DNA of 64,000 nucleotides, from assembly GCA_964507055.1 (NCBI GenBank), contig CAZDOJ010000002.1:687-64686 (forward strand). The letters are read 5' to 3'. Shown here piece by piece: positions 8,401 to 16,087 of the stretch (positions within the stretch are counted from its first letter, which is position 1; every line of letters begins with the position of its first letter). This DNA is from an uncultured Gammaproteobacteria bacterium (GTDB lineage: Bacteria; Patescibacteriota; Microgenomatia; Levybacterales; UBA12049). Below the pieces are notes generated by a model, which had not been told where the DNA came from, did no database searches, and saw only the letters and a program-made list of their open reading frames with translations. The translations under genes were made by a program, and so were the position numbers.

Positions 8401-10563
8401 TATGATAACCCGACAGTTTCGGATGGACAGGATGCAACCAATGTCTGGGATAGTAACTTCAAGATGGTCCAACATCTTAATCAAAATCCTGCAACAACTT
8501 GTGCAAGCACCTATGAATTCTGTGATTCGACCTCAAATGCAAACAATGGAGATAACAGTTCTAGTATGCCTTCAGGAGATCAAGTTGCCGGCAAAATTGG
8601 TGGTTCATTAAATATGGATAATGATTTTATAACAGTTCCAGATTCTGTTTCCCTAGACACACTCTCCGCAAATATGACTGTTTCTGTTTGGGTGAATGCA
8701 CAGGAGCTTGATGCAGTATACAGAAGAATCATTCAACGAAATCCACATCCAGCACAGCAGTGGTATATGGAAAGTGATGGTGGAGTGCCTGGTGCGATAT
8801 TGTGGGATAGTGGAAATAATAGTGGAAGTACGGCCGTGCTTACTACAAATAAGTGGTATTACCTTACCATGGTAACAACACCTACCTCAGGATCGTTTTA
8901 TATAAATGGAGTATTGGATGAAGCCCTTAGTGGCACAGGGGCTATTGGAACAACAGGTGATATTCATATCGGTGCATCAGATGATGGGAACTCAGATTGG
9001 CAAGGACGTATTGATGAAGTTCGCTTGAGTAGCTCTGCAAGGTCTGTTTCATGGATAAAAGCTTCTTACTTGAGTGAGAATGATTCTTTTGCCTCTTTTG
9101 GAGATGAATCACCGTATACTACTGGAGGTCAAGTAAGTTCTGGATGGACGGATGTTGCGGATATATGGTGTAACGATGCAAGTGGTGTAACGTGTAATAC
9201 AAGCTGGAGTACAAGAAAGAGGGTTACTATCAATAATCAAGCTTCTAGTACGAATTTAACCAATTTCCCTGTACTTATTAAATTAGATTCAACAAGAATC
9301 GACTACAGCAAAACACAAAACAGTGGCCAAGATATCCGCTTTGTTGATCCATCCGATCCTACAACTGCACTTCCTCATCAAATTGAAACTTGGGATGAGA
9401 ACGGCACATCATATGTTTGGGTGAAAGTTCCGCAACTTGATGGTAAATCAGCTTCTGATTCGATATGGATGTATTACGGAAATGCGTCAACGAGTGATGG
9501 TCAAGCATCTTCAAGTGTTTGGGATAGTAATTTCCGTATGGTGCAACATCTCAATCAAAATCCAGGTGGATCTGCTCCACAAATGACAGACAGTACTTCA
9601 GTTGGCCAGAATGGAACATCAAATGGAAGTATGACTTCCTCCAATCAAATAACAGGACAAATTGATGGAGCCTTAAGTTTTGATGGTATCAATGACAATA
9701 TCGATTTTGGTAATGTTACCTCCCTTGTGAGTGCGACCAATTTCACAATTTCAGCCTGGATGAAACGCCCCACAACTGCATCAGGTGGATGGGTAATTAA
9801 ATGTGACAACAGTTTTGCGAACTGTGTCGGGCTTGAATATAGCAGTACAGAAGTTAATTTTTTTGTTTCTCCAACTGGGTCCACGGCATATGGGACAATT
9901 GCTTTTACGGATACCAATTGGCATCTCTTAACGCTGCAATATGATGGCTCGCAGACAGGCAATGCAAATCGTTTGAAAGGATATATCGATGGTGTTCCTC
10001 AAACATTAAGCTTTACAGGAACTGTCCCATCATCTTCAACATCAAATACAAGTGCACTTAAGTTGGATCAGCAAGCTACGGCTTATTGGAATTCATCAAT
10101 TGATGAAGTGAGAGTTTCTAATACTACACGAACTTCAGATTGGATTAAGACTGATTATCTTTCACAATCAGATCAAATAAATACCTTTGGCAATGAGGAA
10201 ACACAGACATCGGCTGTCTGGAAGTTTAAAGATAATGCTTCAGTATCGGATGGCACTACGATCACATCAGCTGTTCTTGGAACTTCGACAAGTGGAAACC
10301 AAATGACCTATCAAGAATCAAATCCTTCATCGCTTATTCCGACAGCTTTGGCTGTAGGAGAGAAGCGAGAGTTTGATTTCTCACTGGATGGATCCCGTAC
10401 AAGCAACAGAAGAACGTATTATTTCAGAATCGTCAATGCTGATGGAACTCCAATGACAAACTATACTAAGTATCCGTCAATTACTGTTGGTGTGCCAAAT
10501 CAAAAATTGATGCGTAATGGGAAATGGTTTAACTATAAAAAAGAGCAAAGCGTTAGCTTCTGA
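2437..10563 (+). CDS. Giant (2708 aa) cell-surface protein: N-terminal hydrophobic anchor, M23 (LytM-type) metallopeptidase domain, then four tandem units each of a DUF2341-like domain plus a LamG/concanavalin-A-like lectin domain.
   Basis: M23 signature HDGIDFG ... GNSGITTGPHLHF at ~3780-4120. Four units begin W(S/Q/D/S)xR(K/I)x(I/V)(S/T)(I/F)NN...L(T/A)(D/N)FP(L/V)L(V/I)KL(N/D)S(S/T)R(V/I)DY(N/S)KTQ..G.D(I/L)RFVD...LPH(E/Q)IE.W...YVWVK(V/I)PQ, which is DUF2341-like. Each unit ends ...IDEVR(I/L/V)S...RS..WI(E/K)AEY, which is LamG_3-like. Confidence 0.75.
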   Translation: MSSRLDTLIFMSKLTLTITLYILNTIAFRQVPAYHLTAKRAVAIRRGVISILIALMAIENIIVPLAHAEQLNPSPKTQKEAFKTLITDTNLEGVDPYVGEGRGVKSLIPAITDLSVSNNSANVVVPARVHKLAKENYRPNEEIKVVIENGLHKEFKTELIDAVGGKVALETTETETGAAKVITINQPSSFRPGKYTLRISDGKGGVSEQDFSWGVLAINPDKSIYSPNETADLAIGVLDEGGNMVCDAQVELQITDPSGKVTSLSTDNGKVIINPECKSHNFTLKPDYETNYHVGGAGKYNMNLKAQTKNGEYSISDSFEVQNAAAFDVKRITATRIYPPNTYPVTMEITANQDFEGTVTESVPASFRIAKPGSQVLTEAQQVDKDVNASDSGILAPEPQLPNAPEVAGIQTTAILPFNTVNNLADTTGGERAVFGVTIPGLGMPFTGPFPVTQEFGENLVHMDDAGLYETFGMHGHDGIDFGMPIGTAIQAVDGGTVVQAGPGDYGTTVIVQHAWGKSYYGHLSEVKVKVGDQVIRGSGLALSGNSGITTGPHLHFSVKPDKNDNDNGYYGKVDPAYYLGLKQSAGVVLAAATKLQPETYTTPVSTDIQVLTWKINVKKGDKIKIGYNYLAPRISPQFYTLGPATFTDTNGREVFHEIRKWQIASDALEYKFKRGSFIKADCTAPCSQAVSGVGFRGKAVIFEWTKQTTEAAVQDQHMGVGFATSSSQQRAVSFWADDGDATSDTGRLRSDTKAIVVQTNGGTIAAQAEFASFDDDGFTLNWTTNNSSGYILHYTVLGGADVSNAKAGTFTLTTGTGSLGVTDPGFKPDFLMVAGTANDTVNTNVAHAAMNIGYAAGSSEEGAITINSESTRTTSDTWGQQRTDATVLLLTPTTGAQDAIADFTSFDTNGFTLNKSDAPAANTDIFYLAVQGGQYDVGALTQPSTEGESTISTNFRPVGVSLASENGTANTGITAHSSLSLGGASKDTSNPWCKDTTGVTCIAPDGTSSGWSERIKISINNDDSDETLTDFPLLVKLNSSRVDYNKTQNSGQDIRFVDPANPSVVLSHEIEVWNESGDSYVWVKIPQLRPGNNDVIWMYYNNPSAADGQDAANVWSNNYKAVYHMDEQSGTTNADSTANTNAGSKKSATEPNPTTSGPIDGAQDFDGTDDYVRANDSNSLDLGATGTMSVWFNRDGIGTWDALIAKGNANNSDIHNYAMTINTSNQLAVYWGNGSTTETIQTPTTLTSTTNNYYAASTWTGSNYFLYVNGAQSQTGTQSITPAANTSQLRIGEFGGNVDYFNGLIDEVRISSVPRSQSWIEAEYWSGTDAMNTFSSAESYASLGQSIYQSTLWSSDTDNLSVEENSNESTSTNDVLELFTSPTGVNPPAAVAGSAEITSFNSNGFNINWTTTDGTAREVLYWTVGSVTASQEDYRWYKNANSITPGVALEDENSSTIIAKNKPTARLRASMSVGGNGLNASSQGFKLQYAAAGAESAVGGTSDWCNDTTGVTCIAPGPQTQQTVTQTDWCNDASGITCDTNWQYRRKITINNSASGQTLTDFPLLVKLDSTRIDYSKTQSDGDDLRFVADGAPTVVLPHEIEGTWANSGTNYVWVKVTLASGSTTGAIYMYYGNNGASSGQDGTNVWDGSYKGVWHMTEATSTAGENYKDSTSTSNDGTGGGTGPGAGTAGRNPAQATGQIGYGQSFDGDNDAIGLQSNTLYNAKNAYTIDVWINPDDCGDTATNAATLFEKLTDISEFYICRTNDRTLALWINSTGSDAYSNTNVISFGVWQHIAIVYNGSGTVQMYVNGVAVGMTAASSTEPTSDGATATAVIGQDEAAGVLTSYNYDGLMDDMRISDTGRSADWLEAEYLTGTDAMNSFGSEQTYQTTTSTNGGWDMRKKITFNNADSTDNLANFPVLIKLDSSRIDYSKTQSAGQDIRFVDPSDPTTVLPHQIETWNESGASYVWVKVPQIDSGSASDYIWMYYDNPTVSDGQDATNVWDSNFKMVQHLNQNPATTCASTYEFCDSTSNANNGDNSSSMPSGDQVAGKIGGSLNMDNDFITVPDSVSLDTLSANMTVSVWVNAQELDAVYRRIIQRNPHPAQQWYMESDGGVPGAILWDSGNNSGSTAVLTTNKWYYLTMVTTPTSGSFYINGVLDEALSGTGAIGTTGDIHIGASDDGNSDWQGRIDEVRLSSSARSVSWIKASYLSENDSFASFGDESPYTTGGQVSSGWTDVADIWCNDASGVTCNTSWSTRKRVTINNQASSTNLTNFPVLIKLDSTRIDYSKTQNSGQDIRFVDPSDPTTALPHQIETWDENGTSYVWVKVPQLDGKSASDSIWMYYGNASTSDGQASSSVWDSNFRMVQHLNQNPGGSAPQMTDSTSVGQNGTSNGSMTSSNQITGQIDGALSFDGINDNIDFGNVTSLVSATNFTISAWMKRPTTASGGWVIKCDNSFANCVGLEYSSTEVNFFVSPTGSTAYGTIAFTDTNWHLLTLQYDGSQTGNANRLKGYIDGVPQTLSFTGTVPSSSTSNTSALKLDQQATAYWNSSIDEVRVSNTTRTSDWIKTDYLSQSDQINTFGNEETQTSAVWKFKDNASVSDGTTITSAVLGTSTSGNQMTYQESNPSSLIPTALAVGEKREFDFSLDGSRTSNRRTYYFRIVNADGTPMTNYTKYPSITVGVPNQKLMRNGKWFNYKKEQSVSF
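3780..4120 (+). other. M23 peptidase catalytic domain within the giant protein.
   Basis: HxxxD (HGHDGIDFG) and HxH (GPHLHF) zinc-ligand motifs with typical M23 spacing. Confidence 0.7.
5470..6410 (+). repeat. Intragenic repeat unit 1 (DUF2341-like plus LamG-like).
   Basis: WSERIKISINNDDSDETLTDFPLLVKLNSSRVDYNKTQNSGQDIRFVD ... IDEVRISSVPRSQSWIEAEY. Confidence 0.6.
7063..8055 (+). repeat. Intragenic repeat unit 2 (DUF2341-like plus LamG-like).
   Basis: WQYRRKITINNSASGQTLTDFPLLVKLDSTRIDYSKTQSDGDDLRFV ... MDDMRISDTGRSADWLEAEY. Confidence 0.6.
8133..9070 (+). repeat. Intragenic repeat unit 3 (DUF2341-like plus LamG-like).
   Basis: WDMRKKITFNNADSTDNLANFPVLIKLDSSRIDYSKTQSAGQDIRFVDPSDPTTVLPHQIETW ... 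IDEVRLSSSARSVSWIKASY. Confidence 0.6.
9205..10160 (+). repeat. Intragenic repeat unit 4 (DUF2341-like plus LamG-like). Near-identical at nucleotide level to unit 3 over ~80 nt (8254-8335 versus 9330-9410).
   Basis: WSTRKRVTINNQASSTNLTNFPVLIKLDSTRIDYSKTQNSGQDIRFVDPSDPTTALPHQIETW ... IDEVRVSNTTRTSDWIKTDY. The stretch caagatatccgctttgttgatccatccgatcc is shared verbatim with unit 3. Confidence 0.6.
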
Positions 10564-10574
10564 TAGGACTCGGA

Positions 10575-11138
10575 TTGCTAATAATGTATACTAAAGACAT
10601 GGCTGAAAATGTCTTTAATCCAGAACAATTAGCATATGTAGAGCCCACCAAAAAACCTCGAAAGTTCTCATTCCTAAAGCCGAATAAGAAAGCATTTGTG
10701 ATCTCTTTAATCTTTGTGTTTGGAATAGTTATGGGTGCTGGTGGAATCTTTGGGTACTTACAGTTGAAAAAAACGCCAGTTCCTGTAGAACAGTTGCAAG
10801 ACGATAAACCTCCACAAGAGGTGCTCGGTTTAATTGAGACAGTTGAAAAGAAAGTTCCGAATATTCCCAAAAATGAAATTCCTTCCGTTGCTACGGTAAA
10901 AGATCTCGCAGACTTATCTGACCAGGAATTCCTTGCAGGTGCAAAAGTAGGGGACCGAATTATGATTTATTCTGCTTCCAAGCGTGCGATTCTTTATAGA
11001 CCAAGTACGAATGAAGTCATTCGCCAAGGTCCAGTTGAGATTATTGGAGAAGAAACGGATGAAGCAGAGAAAGCTTCCTCCTCTGCTGTGCTTTCCGCCT
11101 CAGACTCCGCAGTTCCTGCTTTACGGATTAAATATTAA
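10575..11138 (+). CDS. Hypothetical single-pass membrane protein.
   Basis: ORF with one hydrophobic helix (VISLIFVFGIVMGAGGIFGYL). No recognisable family. Confidence 0.4.
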   Translation: MLIMYTKDMAENVFNPEQLAYVEPTKKPRKFSFLKPNKKAFVISLIFVFGIVMGAGGIFGYLQLKKTPVPVEQLQDDKPPQEVLGLIETVEKKVPNIPKNEIPSVATVKDLADLSDQEFLAGAKVGDRIMIYSASKRAILYRPSTNEVIRQGPVEIIGEETDEAEKASSSAVLSASDSAVPALRIKY

Positions 11139-11178
11139 GCTAAGCAGCAAAGGAGTATAATACAATCGTTTACGAATT

Positions 11179-11251
11179 GCCGATGTAGCTCAACGGATAG
11201 AGCAATCCCGTCCTAAGGGAGAGGTTGTGAGTTCGATTCTCACCATCGGTA
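11179..11251 (+). tRNA. tRNA-Arg (anticodon CCT).
   Basis: Cloverleaf: acceptor GCCGATG/CATCGGT, D-arm GCTC-AACGGAT-AGAGC, anticodon stem/loop with loop GTCCTAA (anticodon CCT), T-arm GTGAG-TTCGATT-CTCAC, discriminator A. CCA is not encoded. Confidence 0.8.
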
Positions 11252-11262
11252 CTCAGGCTTAT

Positions 11263-11318
11263 GAGGAGGCCACCTGCTTGACAGGGGTGGTTGGAGGTTC
11301 GATTCCTCTCGACGGTAC
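11263..11318 (+). pseudogene. tRNA-like 3' fragment (T-arm plus acceptor 3' strand) with no matching 5' half. Possible tRNA remnant or integration scar.
   Basis: GGAGG-TTCGATT-CCTCT T-arm followed by CGACGGTAC. The upstream sequence does not supply a complementary acceptor 5' strand or a D-arm. Confidence 0.3.
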
Positions 11319-11486
11319 TTTATTCAGTTTTTATTATTTGGAATGCTTCACAGTATACTTTCTAAGCCCCTGAAATCTGTTCTAATAGCTCTATACCCTC
11401 TGAAACGGACATTTAGCTAACTCATCCATTTGTCAGGATTGTCATCAAACTCAGCGGCTTATATTGTATAGTGCTATTGGGAGGAG

Positions 11487-11756
11487 GTGATGAATATGGC
11501 AGAATTTGAAAGGCGGAGGCCAAGAACTCCGGACATGTCCCCAAATGCAGGCTTAGCCGGGGAATTGCGTAGGGCATTTACTGAACCTGCTCAAACGGAA
11601 GTTCCTGTGGACGTTATTGGCAAAGCAAAAGCTATCTTTTCAATGACCCAAACACGTGATCGTGTTGGCGAATTAGATATTTTACGCACCGAGATTGGGG
11701 ACAGAGCTGCTGATGCTCTTGATCCGCAGGTTACAATCTCTAAAGAAGTGAAGTAA
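11487..11756 (+). CDS. Hypothetical small protein (89 aa).
   Basis: ORF only. No recognisable motifs. Confidence 0.3.
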   Translation: MMNMAEFERRRPRTPDMSPNAGLAGELRRAFTEPAQTEVPVDVIGKAKAIFSMTQTRDRVGELDILRTEIGDRAADALDPQVTISKEVK

Positions 11757-11773
11757 TACTGTATAATCCACCC

Positions 11774-12517
11774 ATGACACGGAATGAGGCGATCAAGTTT
11801 ATTGTACTTAGAAGTCTGGGTAATTTTTTAGTGCTATTTAGTTTGTATGGTGTTGGAGCAACTTTTGGTCCAGCACTCACAGAACAAATAAAGTATGCAG
11901 TTATTCAAATGCGTGGAATAGAGTTTACTGTCCAGGCGGACAATACTTCAGTAAGTCAACCAAGTTTCACTCAATCATCTTCAGAATCAACTCCACAAGT
12001 CCCTCAGGATTCTATCGGACGAGATCTTGGATTTGCAGATGTACTTGCAGGGAGTAAAGAGCAAGTATTGATGCCGAAAGACCCACTGTTTAGTATATTG
12101 ATACCTAAAATAGGGGCATCTTCTAAAGTCTATCCAAATATTGATCCAGAGAATCGTGATGAATTTCTTCCGGTACTCCAACATGGTGTTGCCCATGCTA
12201 AAGGAAGCGTTTTTCCGGGCTATCCAGGCAATACCTATCTCTTTGCCCATTCAGCTGACAATTGGTGGGATGTAGGGCGTTACAACGCCGTATTCTATAC
12301 ACTCAATAACCTTTCCGATAATGATGAGATAGTCATCTTCTTTGAAAATCGAAGATATGATTATGTCATAAAGCAGAAAATTGTTGCGGATCCCAATGAT
12401 GTTACTTATCTAACCAATAAGCATGAAGGGCCACATAAGTTAATCTTGCAAACATGTTGGCCTCCAGGAACAACCTGGAAACGGTTGTATATCGTAGCTG
12501 AACCGAAGGCTACTTAA
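11774..12517 (+). CDS. Sortase-family transpeptidase.
   Basis: N-terminal membrane anchor. Conserved His region YLFAHS. Catalytic Cys in LILQTCWPP (the sortase TLxTC motif), followed by the conserved Arg (WKRLYIV). Confidence 0.6.
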   Translation: MTRNEAIKFIVLRSLGNFLVLFSLYGVGATFGPALTEQIKYAVIQMRGIEFTVQADNTSVSQPSFTQSSSESTPQVPQDSIGRDLGFADVLAGSKEQVLMPKDPLFSILIPKIGASSKVYPNIDPENRDEFLPVLQHGVAHAKGSVFPGYPGNTYLFAHSADNWWDVGRYNAVFYTLNNLSDNDEIVIFFENRRYDYVIKQKIVADPNDVTYLTNKHEGPHKLILQTCWPPGTTWKRLYIVAEPKAT

Positions 12518-13832
12518 GGCCAATTGAGTAGAGAGTAGGTGCGATACCTTGGTTATTAAAGTTCGTAAGCATAACAAGCTTTGAACCATCTGGCCAAGGG
12601 TAGACATAATCTTCAACAAATGGTCCTGCATACAGAGTAGTTAGATTGGATCCGTCATGCTCAATTACTTGGATCTGTTTGTTATTTACATAGAGCAAAT
12701 GCAGAGAATCTGGGAACCATGTGAGTGGTGATGGACATTTTCCGAAGACTTCGCACGTACAATCTTCAGATGTCAGCGTACACAGTTTATCTGTCTTTTC
12801 AAGCACTCTTGTATTCACATCTTCTTTGATGTTGTAGACATAAATTGCACCTTCTTCAATGTCACGTCGCTCGTACAGTAAGTTATTTCCAATTAGCCTT
12901 GGTCTCTTGAATATAGGCATCTCAGCTGAGGCTGATGCTTGATAGAGGAATTTATTATCATCTGGTGACCATGAAAGGATTCTCATGTTTTTCTGGGAGA
13001 ACTTTTGTATGTCTGATTTGAGTGATTTTAGCTGAGCAAGTTCTTTGTCCGATCGTTGCTGTTCCCAAAGTTCAAGAGTTGAAGTATATGTTGCTGTTAT
13101 GTCTTGTGGTGCTTCATTCATGCGATCTGCAGCAAGAAGATAATATGAAGTTAAACCATCTGGTGTTGCTGAAATACTTGCCATGATTTGTTTGCCATCA
13201 GGAGACCATGCAAGTTGAGCCTGAGAAAAGACATCTACAGTATCGTCGGCAATCTGTGTTGCAGAACTTTGTCCTGCTAAGACAGGGAAGTTCCGTGCAG
13301 TCATATCAAAGACATAGACACCATTTCTTCGTGCAGAATTGGAAGCTATATTGAATGCGAGTTTGGTTCCTGTAGGATCGATAAATGTCGATTGGATACC
13401 AAATGTAGAAATGCTTTGCAAAGTTGGAGCCTTTGGAAAGAGTGTCGCATCTGCACTATCTACAACTTCTTTCTGGATCTCAAAATCTTTTTGCCAGTCA
13501 TGGTAGCCTTCTTTAGCAATTTTGATTTTGTATTTTCCAGGAGTTAAGTTTAATTTATCGTTAGTTGAAGTTGTGGGGTTTGGACGATCATTGACGAAGA
13601 CTTGTGCACCAGTGGGGTTACTATTGAGATTCAAAATACCGGTTTTAGACAGCTGAGGATTTCCTTCTTGAACAAAAAGTCGATAGCCTTTGCCGTATAA
13701 AATTACTCCAGCAGTTGCAGTAAGAAGAAAAAGAAAAACCAATAACGAAACGAGAAATTGTCTTTTTGCTGAGTGCTGTGGGTGGTCATCCGGAACGGAT
13801 GGCTTCTTGATTTTGAGAAGCGATTTCTTCAT
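12510..13832 (-). CDS. Membrane-anchored PEGA-domain plus TolB-like beta-propeller protein.
   Basis: N-terminal TM. PEGA signature PGKYKIKIAKEGYHDWQKDFEI. Downstream SPDGK / SWSPDDNKFLY WD40/TolB-like repeats. Confidence 0.55.
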   Translation of the reverse strand: MKKSLLKIKKPSVPDDHPQHSAKRQFLVSLLVFLFLLTATAGVILYGKGYRLFVQEGNPQLSKTGILNLNSNPTGAQVFVNDRPNPTTSTNDKLNLTPGKYKIKIAKEGYHDWQKDFEIQKEVVDSADATLFPKAPTLQSISTFGIQSTFIDPTGTKLAFNIASNSARRNGVYVFDMTARNFPVLAGQSSATQIADDTVDVFSQAQLAWSPDGKQIMASISATPDGLTSYYLLAADRMNEAPQDITATYTSTLELWEQQRSDKELAQLKSLKSDIQKFSQKNMRILSWSPDDNKFLYQASASAEMPIFKRPRLIGNNLLYERRDIEEGAIYVYNIKEDVNTRVLEKTDKLCTLTSEDCTCEVFGKCPSPLTWFPDSLHLLYVNNKQIQVIEHDGSNLTTLYAGPFVEDYVYPWPDGSKLVMLTNFNNQGIAPTLYSIGLK

Positions 13833-14002
13833 ACGTCTATTAAATCAGATTATAATCCCATAAACTAGTCCTTGCAACTAAAAAACACGTTGTTATAATC
13901 GATTTATTGTTGCATATCGCACAAATGATATGGATGATGTATATTTTGATATATTAAGAATTTGCATTTTTTGTCTATAACTTTTATTATCACTAGAGTC
14001 TT

Positions 14003-15037
14003 ATGTTTTCACTTTCATTTCCTTCAAGTAAGAGAATCGGTATCGATTTAGGTACAGCCAATACACTCGTTTATGTTGTTGGAGAAGGAATTGTCCTCAA
14101 TGAACCTACCGTAGTCGCAGTCACTGCAGAAGAGAATCGTGTTGTTGCGGTTGGAAAAGAAGCCAAGGAAATGCTTGGCCGAACTCCAGGAAACGTAACT
14201 GCTTTACGGCCGCTTCGAGATGGAGTTGTAGCTGATTACACTATTACAGAAGCCATGCTTTCATACTTTATTGACAAGGTTTGTGGCAAAACTCGCTTTA
14301 TTAAACCTGAAGTTATGGTTTGTATCCCCTCCGGTGTTACACAGGTTGAGCGGCGTGCTGTTCTTGATGCCACCATGTCAGCTGGTGCGAAGGTTGCATA
14401 TCTGATTGATGAACCTTTAGCTGCTGCTATTGGTGCAAAGATTCCAATTGCTCAAGCTGCGGGACATATGATTGTTAACATTGGGGGAGGTTCCACTGAA
14501 TCTGCTGTTATTTCTTTGGGTGGTGTTGTTGTCCATAGTTCTGTTAGGGTTGCAGGTAATAAGATTGATGAGGCAATTGGTTCGTATATCAAAAAGAAGT
14601 TTAACTTACTTGTAGGAGAAACGACGGCGGAGACGATTAAGATTCAGATAGGTAATGCTGTTCCTGAAACTGAAGGCAAAAAGGATAGTAAAACGATGGA
14701 AGTTCGTGGCCGCGATACAATTACTGGATTGCCTCGAACAGTTATTCTTGATGAAGTGCAGATAAATGAGGCGATCAAGCCTGCATTGCTTGAAATTGTG
14801 AAAGGTGTTAAAGAAGTTCTTGAGCAGTGTCCTCCAGAGCTTGCTTCAGATATTATCGATAAAGGGATTGTCATGTCAGGGGGAACGTCGCTTCTTACCA
14901 ACTTCGATAAGCTTATGACGCAGATGACAGGTGTTCCTTGTCATATTGCCGAGGATGCGTTGCTATGTGTTGCAAGGGGAACCGGCGTAGCAATGGAGAA
15001 TATCGAACTGTATAAGCGTTCAATTAATAGAAGATAA
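14003..15037 (+). CDS. mreB: Rod-shape-determining protein MreB.
   Basis: IGIDLGTANTLVYV phosphate-1 motif, VCIPSGVTQVERRAV, IVNIGGGSTE. Actin-fold ATPase, 344 aa. Confidence 0.9.
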   Translation: MFSLSFPSSKRIGIDLGTANTLVYVVGEGIVLNEPTVVAVTAEENRVVAVGKEAKEMLGRTPGNVTALRPLRDGVVADYTITEAMLSYFIDKVCGKTRFIKPEVMVCIPSGVTQVERRAVLDATMSAGAKVAYLIDEPLAAAIGAKIPIAQAAGHMIVNIGGGSTESAVISLGGVVVHSSVRVAGNKIDEAIGSYIKKKFNLLVGETTAETIKIQIGNAVPETEGKKDSKTMEVRGRDTITGLPRTVILDEVQINEAIKPALLEIVKGVKEVLEQCPPELASDIIDKGIVMSGGTSLLTNFDKLMTQMTGVPCHIAEDALLCVARGTGVAMENIELYKRSINRR

Positions 15038-15268
15038 TATCCTGTAAGTATCAGTTATTTATAAAAAAAAGACTCTATGGAAACTTTAAAAGAAAATATT
15101 TTCACACTTAAAAGAGTAGTATAATAATTTAATTGAATTACTGACATAGAAATATCTATTTCAGGTTTAAATAAAAATTTATCCATACTTAAATATAGAG
15201 TAGTATTCTTGTACAACATGATGTATGAAGAACATTTTGTATTATATTTTTTAGATCTATAGTCGTCT

Positions 15269-15991
15269 GTGAAAATGCTTAAAAAACAATTAATATTAGG
15301 AGTAGGTATCACTGTCGCTCCGACTGCCGCTATCCTAGAGAATATTCTCATGCTTTTGTCTGAAGGGCAAAAAAAGTTTTTTATTGTTACTCCAAACCCT
15401 GAAATCCTTGTTTATGCACAATCACATTTAGACTACAAAGATAGGCTAAACAGTGCTGAGGTGTCTTTGGCTGATGGAGTGGGTGTGCTTATCGCAAGTA
15501 AGATTCTGGGGTTAGGGATAACAGAAAGGACTACAGGCGTGGATTTCATTGAAGAGCTGTGTAAAGCGTCTCGTGAAAAGCCTTTATCCATAGGATTTCT
15601 GGGTGGTAGAGGTGGCGTAGCAGAGAAGACTGCTGAGTGCTTGAAGCAGAAGTACCCCTGGATTAATGTAGTTTTCACAGGAGAGACATGGCTAGATCAA
15701 GGCGTGAAAAGTAAAAAGAAGATGGATATGCTTTTTGTTGCTTATGGTTTTCCTAAGCAAGAAAACTGGATTGTTGAAAATTTAGATAGACTTCCTGTGA
15801 CAGCAGCTATGGGAGTGGGAGGAGCATTCGATTATATAAGTGGTTCTGTCCCACGTGCACCTAAGATCATGAGAGTGGTTGGACTTGAATGGTTTTTTCG
15901 TCTTATCGTCCAACCTTGGCGACTCCGACGTCAATTAGCACTAGTGACATTTTTACAACTTACTCTAAAAGAAAAATTCTCTAGCCGTTAA
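15269..15991 (+). CDS. WecB/TagA/CpsF-family glycosyltransferase.
   Basis: FIVTPNPEILVYA, FVAYGFPKQENWI, AAMGVGGAFDYISG. Family-typical motifs and size (~240 aa). Confidence 0.7.
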   Translation: MKMLKKQLILGVGITVAPTAAILENILMLLSEGQKKFFIVTPNPEILVYAQSHLDYKDRLNSAEVSLADGVGVLIASKILGLGITERTTGVDFIEELCKASREKPLSIGFLGGRGGVAEKTAECLKQKYPWINVVFTGETWLDQGVKSKKKMDMLFVAYGFPKQENWIVENLDRLPVTAAMGVGGAFDYISGSVPRAPKIMRVVGLEWFFRLIVQPWRLRRQLALVTFLQLTLKEKFSSR

Positions 15992-16087
15992 TCTACTATA
16001 GACTGAACAATAATTCTTGCTGATCTATGAAAGTAGATCTACAGGATTATAGAGAAATTTTAATGCATCATACTAAATAGAGGCAAT

